A stretch of DNA of 64,000 bases from an uncultured virus (IMG/VR IMGVR_UViG_3300032053_018320) (lineage: Duplodnaviria > Heunggongvirae > Uroviricota > Caudoviricetes), in the IMG/VR virus record IMGVR_UViG_3300032053_018320, one strand, 5' to 3'. The position numbers and the translations under genes were made by a program. Position 1 is the stretch's first letter. Each line of letters starts with the position of its first letter. The notes below the pieces were generated by a model. That model was not told the DNA's origin, did no database searches, and saw nothing but the letters and a program-made list of their open reading frames with translations. Shown here in pieces: positions 58,342 through 64,000 of this stretch.

Positions 58342-59559
58342 TCACGATACTGCGGCTGGTTTATTGGCTTTCGTGACCATTGTTGCTAATTTTACACGAG
58401 TTTCGTCTTTATTCTTCTTGATTGCTGGCCCCAAGATGAAGAACCGCGACAATAATCTGTGCATCTGGATGTCTGGCGTTGCACCTTCGGCAATACATTT
58501 ATCAGTATCGCCTAATTCTGCCAATAAATATGCCTTTGAAACATTTGGCATACCGACATCAAACGAACCATCAGCACGCTTGATCGTCTCTGGATTCGAT
58601 GTTATTAAGTCCTTTAACGAATCTAGAATCATTCGCTCATCGACACCATAGGCATTGACCAGATCATCGTATGAACTGAATGCAGCATTGAGATCGTTAT
58701 CCTTGAATATCGCCTTGAGAATTTTCTTGAGATCGGACTCAATTTCTGCTTGTTCCGGCATTGTCAAGGTCTTTTCGATGATGTTTTGCTGGAGCAGATT
58801 GATCAGATCACGAGGCTTTCCTTTGGCTAATGGAATGATTGCTGCGAGTATTTCATCCGTGAAAACGATCTTTTCGCTTTGCAGAATGAATTCTCCATAG
58901 TTCGTCAATTCGTCGTTGCTCAACGGTTTTAGACGATAGTTCATGCACCGTGACTTAATGGCTGGAATGATCTTTCGATCATAATTGCAGCAAAGGATGA
59001 ACACCGCTTCACCAGTTCTTGTATAGTCTTCGAGCACTCGTCGGAATCCAAATTGCATCGCTGCACTCGCTGCATCAAATTCATCGAGGATGATCACTTT
59101 CTTACCAGAATAGATGGTGGATGCCTTACAAAAAGGAATTATTTCGTTCCTTAACACTTTTATACTGCCAAACGCTGATGCATTGATTGATTTGATATTT
59201 TGGACAACACCACCAGAAAATATTCTTGCCAAAATGAATGCAATGGTAGTTTTACCTATACCTTCCTTACCAGCAAGCAATATGTTTTGCACAGATTCAG
59301 ATCGTGCGAGAGCCTTCATCTTTTCGATGATGGTCTTATTTCCCCTCACTTCTTCGAGGTTCCTTGGTCGATACTTTTCCGTCCACGGCGCAGCGTTTTT
59401 CTTTTGTTTTGGCGCTTGTTGAGCCGCTGGTTTTTCCGCGGATGGCTTCTGACCAACAGGTTGTTCTTGAACTGGTTGTTTCGACATAGGTTTATCCGGC
59501 ACAAGTTTTTGTTGTGCTGGTGCTTTTTGTTTTCCACGAGATTTAGGTCGTTCGCTCAT
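58342..59559 (-). CDS. rfcS: Replication factor C small subunit
   Basis: PWTEKYRP, GKEGIGKTT, INAS, IILDEFD, IIPAIKSRC. Confidence 0.9.
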   Translation of the reverse strand: MSERPKSRGKQKAPAQQKLVPDKPMSKQPVQEQPVGQKPSAEKPAAQQAPKQKKNAAPWTEKYRPRNLEEVRGNKTIIEKMKALARSESVQNILLAGKEGIGKTTIAFILARIFSGGVVQNIKSINASAFGSIKVLRNEIIPFCKASTIYSGKKVIILDEFDAASAAMQFGFRRVLEDYTRTGEAVFILCCNYDRKIIPAIKSRCMNYRLKPLSNDELTNYGEFILQSEKIVFTDEILAAIIPLAKGKPRDLINLLQQNIIEKTLTMPEQAEIESDLKKILKAIFKDNDLNAAFSSYDDLVNAYGVDERMILDSLKDLITSNPETIKRADGSFDVGMPNVSKAYLLAELGDTDKCIAEGATPDIQMHRLLSRFFILGPAIKKNKDETRVKLATMVTKANKPAAVS

Positions 59560-60860
59560 TCGTCATCACTATCAGTTTCGGTTTCGGTTTTGTTGGTTTC
59601 CTTCTCTTCTTCGTCTTGTTTCAATTTAACACGAGGATATTGCGGTCGCAAGCCTTTTAACGGAGAAACAGGTATACCGAACGCTATTAATCCCCACACA
59701 TAATCAGTATCTGTCTTGAATTTAAGCGCTTCTGCCTTCGTTAAAATATCAAACGAGTCTCTTATTTGACTAACATTATCATAATACGTTAACAAATTAT
59801 TCGCTATATAGAACATCAACGTTGTCGGCGATAAGTATGTTTCGTCACACAACATTTCGTATAACTCATCTCGATCATCCATCGTGAAGACGAGATATGT
59901 GAACTCCATTGGCTTATGCACTTCAACAATATCGAATGATTCCCCACCAACGAGCATATGCTTCGCAGTTCTAACATCTCCACGGGAATCTACGATGAAT
60001 TGCTTGATTTGATCCGTCGTCGGGGCGAGAGCAACATCGAACTCCGGCTCTGGTGAATCGAAATACTTAAGTGAATACAGTTCCATTAGACTTTGTAATT
60101 CATACTTCTCTGGATGATCAAATTTGATCAATGTTACTCGATCATTTGAACGAATACGAATATCCACTCTGTCAATGAAGTTACAAATCATGACGATTGG
60201 AACACGAGATCGTTTTGATAACTTTCCGATGAATGTTTTTGCAGCATTCGTTAATGTTTTCTTTTCTTGGTCGATACCAATAATTGCTTGTTGACACTCC
60301 TTCAAACTAGGACCGATCAAGTCGATCAAATAATTCGTTCCCGTCTTTGATAAATTATCCATTTCGTCGAATACGAGCAACGGTGGATCGCCAGACAACG
60401 ACATCATTTTGCCAGCACCACTGATCGTTTTCAACATTTCAGTTAAAGTTCTCGTGTCAGATGCGTTGATTTGAGTCATCGCGAACCATCGTTTCATCCT
60501 CGTGATAAACGATGTTTTTCCGACTCCAGCATCGCCATAGAGAAGGATATGTTTCCGTGACTCAATTTTCTTATTTGCGATCATGACTTCGTCGATTCCA
60601 CTTTTTGTGAGCAAAATATCAAGTATCATCGTTTTCTGAGCATAATTACCGACGTGAACATCGTCTGCAAATTCCGGATCGGTCTCTATGACTATTTTAC
60701 GAATGATATGCTCTGCCAACTTTGGATATTTGAGTAACAACGCATTAATCATCGTATCCTCGATTATTTTGTTGTCACGGCAATAAAGATAAAAATCACC
60801 CTTATCAACTGCTGACAATGCGTCAGTTAACCTTGGATCATTTGGCTTAACTACAGACAT
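59556..60860 (-). CDS. rfcL: Replication factor C large-subunit-like AAA+ ATPase
   Basis: LLYGDAGVGKTS, INASDTR, DEMDNL, PIVMICN, RGDVR; coupled to rfcS. Confidence 0.8.
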   Translation of the reverse strand: MSVVKPNDPRLTDALSAVDKGDFYLYCRDNKIIEDTMINALLLKYPKLAEHIIRKIVIETDPEFADDVHVGNYAQKTMILDILLTKSGIDEVMIANKKIESRKHILLYGDAGVGKTSFITRMKRWFAMTQINASDTRTLTEMLKTISGAGKMMSLSGDPPLLVFDEMDNLSKTGTNYLIDLIGPSLKECQQAIIGIDQEKKTLTNAAKTFIGKLSKRSRVPIVMICNFIDRVDIRIRSNDRVTLIKFDHPEKYELQSLMELYSLKYFDSPEPEFDVALAPTTDQIKQFIVDSRGDVRTAKHMLVGGESFDIVEVHKPMEFTYLVFTMDDRDELYEMLCDETYLSPTTLMFYIANNLLTYYDNVSQIRDSFDILTKAEALKFKTDTDYVWGLIAFGIPVSPLKGLRPQYPRVKLKQDEEEKETNKTETETDSDDE

Positions 60861-61230
60861 TTAACCACCGACGATCATAAACATATCATGCACAATATAA
60901 AAGTTTTTCCCATATTGATTGCTCATGGACTATCCATGAATGGTTCATGAGCGAATTGTGCTGATACTACAAAACGCTGTCACGACTTACCCATCATTAT
61001 ACGTTAAAAAGACGAAAGACGATCCCTCACACGATTCACCGATCAGTCTCACTGAACGGTCGATGAATATAAAAAGAACGGAATTGCTAATCCGTTCATT
61101 GACGATAATTTAAGCGAAATTCAAACCTTCATGGAAAGTATTGACCACGAAACCAAGTATGAAAAAGAGGGGTTTGGGCTTGTCGGTGGTTTGGGTCATT
61201 TTAACTCTAAGGGAATGAACGAATCAATCA

Positions 61231-61247
61231 TTTTTAAAGGTTTCGTT
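61231..61247 (-). promoter_or_regulatory. Archaeal BRE-TATA promoter
   Basis: Minus strand AACGAAACCTTTAAAAA. Confidence 0.5.
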
Positions 61248-61391
61248 ATAGACGCTATTATACAGCAACACAACATTCTGACAAAAGGATTTGATTAACT
61301 CGTGAACCCGTGAATATTGGTATAATTCTGTGTAATGATTAAAATAGGTGATAGGACGTCGGACGAAATGAAAAAACAAATGATTGACGAA

Positions 61392-61694
61392 TCACGAACA
61401 CGTTGTTTCCTTAGCCACCATATCCTTTGCAGCGGAAACCATTTCAGTGAGCGTTTTTACGCTACACTCAGCCAATGCTACGCCGTCAAATTCTACATCT
61501 TCGGATTCAGTTGGTCCAATGATGCCATTTTCAACGAATACTCCTAATAAGATCAATCCACGAGCGACAAGAGCAGGTTCTTTATCACAGACCATATCAA
61601 ACAATCGTTGTTGTAGGTCTTGGTCCCTATCGTGGTTTTCTTGATATTCCTTGACGAGTTGTTCGATTTCGTCGATCAATGTTTGTTTTGACAT
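61392..61694 (-). CDS. Hypothetical protein
   Basis: 100-aa ORF. Confidence 0.65.
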   Translation of the reverse strand: MSKQTLIDEIEQLVKEYQENHDRDQDLQQRLFDMVCDKEPALVARGLILLGVFVENGIIGPTESEDVEFDGVALAECSVKTLTEMVSAAKDMVAKETTCS

Positions 61695-61814
61695 AAAAAC
61701 ACCATTTTCATACTAGATGACTATCATAACTATCGTCCATAGTTCATGATTAAAGAAGGATCACTCTTTGACCAATATAAAGATTTTTCACGAAAAAAAG
61801 AAAATGTAACCTGC

Positions 61815-62180
61815 TCATTCGCTGAGTGACTTACCCTTTTCATGAAGAAACTTCTCTAACTTCTTGATGTCAAACCGAAAATATTTACTGTCAAAGTCAC
61901 TCGTTATCCTAACAAATCCCTTCTTGAGACTGACCATTTGAATGTCTCCACTCATCTTGTAGAAGTAACACAAGATTTGCTTGAGTCCTTCATCCAGATC
62001 GTCCCACGATTTCATGGTCGTGGTGATAACTTCATCGACAGTTTTGCCATCTTTGTCATCATACTCGACGATGACTCGGAACTTCTTCTCGTGATGTAGT
62101 AAATCAAATACACCCATCGATTTGAGTTTCTTTATGTCTGCATCAGATATTTCGATAGTTTCTTCTTCGTTGATTTGCAT
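61815..62180 (-). CDS. Hypothetical protein
   Basis: GGTGA SD upstream. Confidence 0.7.
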   Translation of the reverse strand: MQINEEETIEISDADIKKLKSMGVFDLLHHEKKFRVIVEYDDKDGKTVDEVITTTMKSWDDLDEGLKQILCYFYKMSGDIQMVSLKKGFVRITSDFDSKYFRFDIKKLEKFLHEKGKSLSE

Positions 62181-62208
62181 CGTTTGTTCACCTTCAAAAA
62201 ATAAAAAA

Positions 62209-62682
62209 TTACTCGAGTAATGCCGGAAAACGCTTCACGATCTCCTTGTCTTGCTTGATGACATCGATCCATTCATCCGTCCACGACGAATCGATATGGG
62301 CTCGTTCGATGGTCATATCGGTAGGGACATATATCCACGCTTCACCATCAGTTCCATCGTCTTCAACCATCTGCACCTTGATGCGAGTATAGAGATCGTT
62401 GGGTTCATGATAATATCCTTCGTAACCATCCATACCCTTTAAGTCGTTTTTACTGACTTTAAATGCCAACGTCTTGACTTCTGCGTTCTCGTCCGGAATG
62501 ACGAATGGAAACCACGTAACGCCTTTTTTGAACACACGACGATATCCCTTGACAGTTACCGTCCGCACGTTTTGCTTACCACGAAACATCCATTTCGTGA
62601 TGAATGTTCCATATCCGATAACAACTTCCAATTGCTCGTTAGTTGCCGTTTCAGCAACTTCGCTTTCATCATCTTGAGTCAT
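62209..62682 (-). CDS. Gamma-glutamylcyclotransferase (GGCT/AIG2-like)
   Basis: GYGT, GYRRVF, MDGYEG, LY.R..V and AWIYV motifs. Confidence 0.85.
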   Translation of the reverse strand: MTQDDESEVAETATNEQLEVVIGYGTFITKWMFRGKQNVRTVTVKGYRRVFKKGVTWFPFVIPDENAEVKTLAFKVSKNDLKGMDGYEGYYHEPNDLYTRIKVQMVEDDGTDGEAWIYVPTDMTIERAHIDSSWTDEWIDVIKQDKEIVKRFPALLE

Positions 62683-62789
62683 GATTTATTCACTGATTGG
62701 ATGATGGATCACACGATTTTAAATTCATCGTGTTGTGACAAACAGCGATGCTCGATCACACGATTCCGTTAACAAAAAAGAGAAAAATT

Positions 62790-63092
62790 TTAACATTTAT
62801 GTTGTTTGCCGTTCGAATAAACCCGATATTGATCCTGTATGAATTGGTCAATTTTTCGGTTATCACCGTTTTCGTCGAGTATATTCTTGATGTCATCCCA
62901 AGAATTCGTGATCACTTCTCGTAAGTCTTCAAGAAACAACACACCCTTATAAAACACAGGTATGCTGTCTGGTTCATCGAGATCGATATAAAACACATTC
63001 CATCCGAGCAAGTTTGCTAATTCTTCCATTCTGGTGTAGTCTTCATCGCCCATTACATATCCGAACGTTTTGTAGTTTGCCATTTCATTCAT
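62790..63092 (-). CDS. Hypothetical protein
   Basis: 100-aa ORF. Confidence 0.65.
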   Translation of the reverse strand: MNEMANYKTFGYVMGDEDYTRMEELANLLGWNVFYIDLDEPDSIPVFYKGVLFLEDLREVITNSWDDIKNILDENGDNRKIDQFIQDQYRVYSNGKQHKC

Positions 63093-63107
63093 CCGTTGTT
63101 ATGTTTT

Positions 63108-63692
63108 TCAAGGTTGTTCATGGAGCCCGCGAGAGTCCTTTTCGAGAAAATTGGCAATAACGAATAAATCCACCGCGGCGTTCCTCACTGCTTGAAATTG
63201 CATTTCGTTGATATATCGTCTCCATTCTTCAGCATAACGGATGAATTCTGCTATTTCGTCGGCAAGCAGTTCATCCGTTCCACATTTATCGAGATTAACC
63301 TTCAGCGATTCACCCTTGCCAAATGCCTTGAACAACCATTCATAAGCATCATTCAACGCGTGAGTGGTCGACGGTTCGTCTTCACCGATCATACCATATC
63401 CTTCTATGGTAGTAAACGAGTCATCGAGTCTATCGAGCGCATCATCGATTTCTTTACTATGTGCATCTGCCCACACATCGCAAAATTCTTGTTCTGCTTC
63501 TTGCATCTTGATCTTGAACTTCAACTCTGCTCGTTCTCGTGCACGAGCAGCCGCTCGTTCTCGACGACGTTGCACCTTTGCTGCTTCAACGTCAATCTTC
63601 GCCTGTTCACGCTTCTTGATCTGACGTTCGTTGAATTCTTGATATTGACCGATGATGTCTTTGTCTGGTTGTGTAGGCATAGGAAATTTCAC
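63108..63692 (-). CDS. Hypothetical protein with charged coiled coil
   Basis: 194-aa ORF. Confidence 0.7.
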   Translation of the reverse strand: MKFPMPTQPDKDIIGQYQEFNERQIKKREQAKIDVEAAKVQRRRERAAARARERAELKFKIKMQEAEQEFCDVWADAHSKEIDDALDRLDDSFTTIEGYGMIGEDEPSTTHALNDAYEWLFKAFGKGESLKVNLDKCGTDELLADEIAEFIRYAEEWRRYINEMQFQAVRNAAVDLFVIANFLEKDSRGLHEQP

Positions 63693-63958
63693 TTAATGGC
63701 TTCACACGAGCCTTCTTCGAGTTCCTTCTTCAATTCCTCGAGTTTATGCTTATGTTCCATCTCTTGAACGGCGAGAATTTCTTTCAAGACGCTCGCGATG
63801 ATAGGATTTTCGATGTCTTCTGCCGCCTTGAGATACATATCGATTGCCTGGTCTTCATCATCAATGGCTTCATTCAAGAACGCCAATAATTCTTTTTTAT
63901 TCATGATTTGTTCACCCAACATACGCATGTTCAAGTGTTGACTCTGAAATATGGTCAC
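63689..63958 (-). CDS. Small ferritin-like (rubrerythrin half-domain) protein
   Basis: L.EAI.DE..AI.MY...E..EH di-iron pattern; likely start MNKKEL after a GGTGA SD. Confidence 0.75.
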   Translation of the reverse strand: MTIFQSQHLNMRMLGEQIMNKKELLAFLNEAIDDEDQAIDMYLKAAEDIENPIIASVLKEILAVQEMEHKHKLEELKKELEEGSCEAIK

Positions 63959-64000
63959 GATCGTCTGTTAACAGACAATCTATTTCACTACCAAGAAATT

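Larger units (their letters stand above)
1..64000. mobile_element. Segment of a large archaeal virus or extrachromosomal element (ends not in window)
   Basis: No housekeeping genes seen; strong strand bias; many short orphan and paralogous ORFs; own PCNA/RFC/ligase; phage-type amidoligase-GATase-GGCT set; archaeal promoters and GGTGA SD motifs. Confidence 0.75.

Noticed and set aside
332..63767. Numerous plus-strand ORFs overlapping longer minus-strand genes (e.g. 9293..9898, 8033..8506, 59200..59703, 63192..63767)
   Set aside because: Antisense shadows of well-supported genes; no motifs or SD sequences

Overview
The window is gene-dense, AT-rich and mostly minus-strand. I found no ribosomal-protein, rRNA, tRNA or central-metabolism genes. 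Archaeal-type signals are present throughout (BRE-TATA boxes, GGTGA Shine-Dalgarno motifs, PCNA, RFC). It most likely comes from a large (>64 kb, no ends visible) archaeal virus or extrachromosomal element; an Asgard/Lokiarchaeia host is an inference from protein-domain style. Three zones are visible. (i) 1-28 kb is a membrane/surface module: glycoprotein-like paralogues, a 1879-aa spike-like protein, a fusogen-like protein, a Zot/FtsK-like ATPase fused to HTH and PD-(D/E)XK-like motifs, a CPBP protease, and FTR-like plus thioredoxin-like redox proteins. No capsid or terminase was recognised. (ii) 28-53 kb holds an IS605/TnpB remnant, a DUF3987-like ATPase, NAD-dependent ligase, PCNA, many small paralogous genes, and two covarying ~130-nt structured RNAs flanking a ParB-like gene. 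(iii) 51-64 kb holds an amidoligase, a class II GATase and a GGCT next to a Zn-ribbon protein family with an invariant VNxPxSE[AG] C-terminus (candidate pupylation-like tagging system), plus RFC large/small subunits and a ferritin-like gene. All family calls come from manual motif recognition, not database searches.
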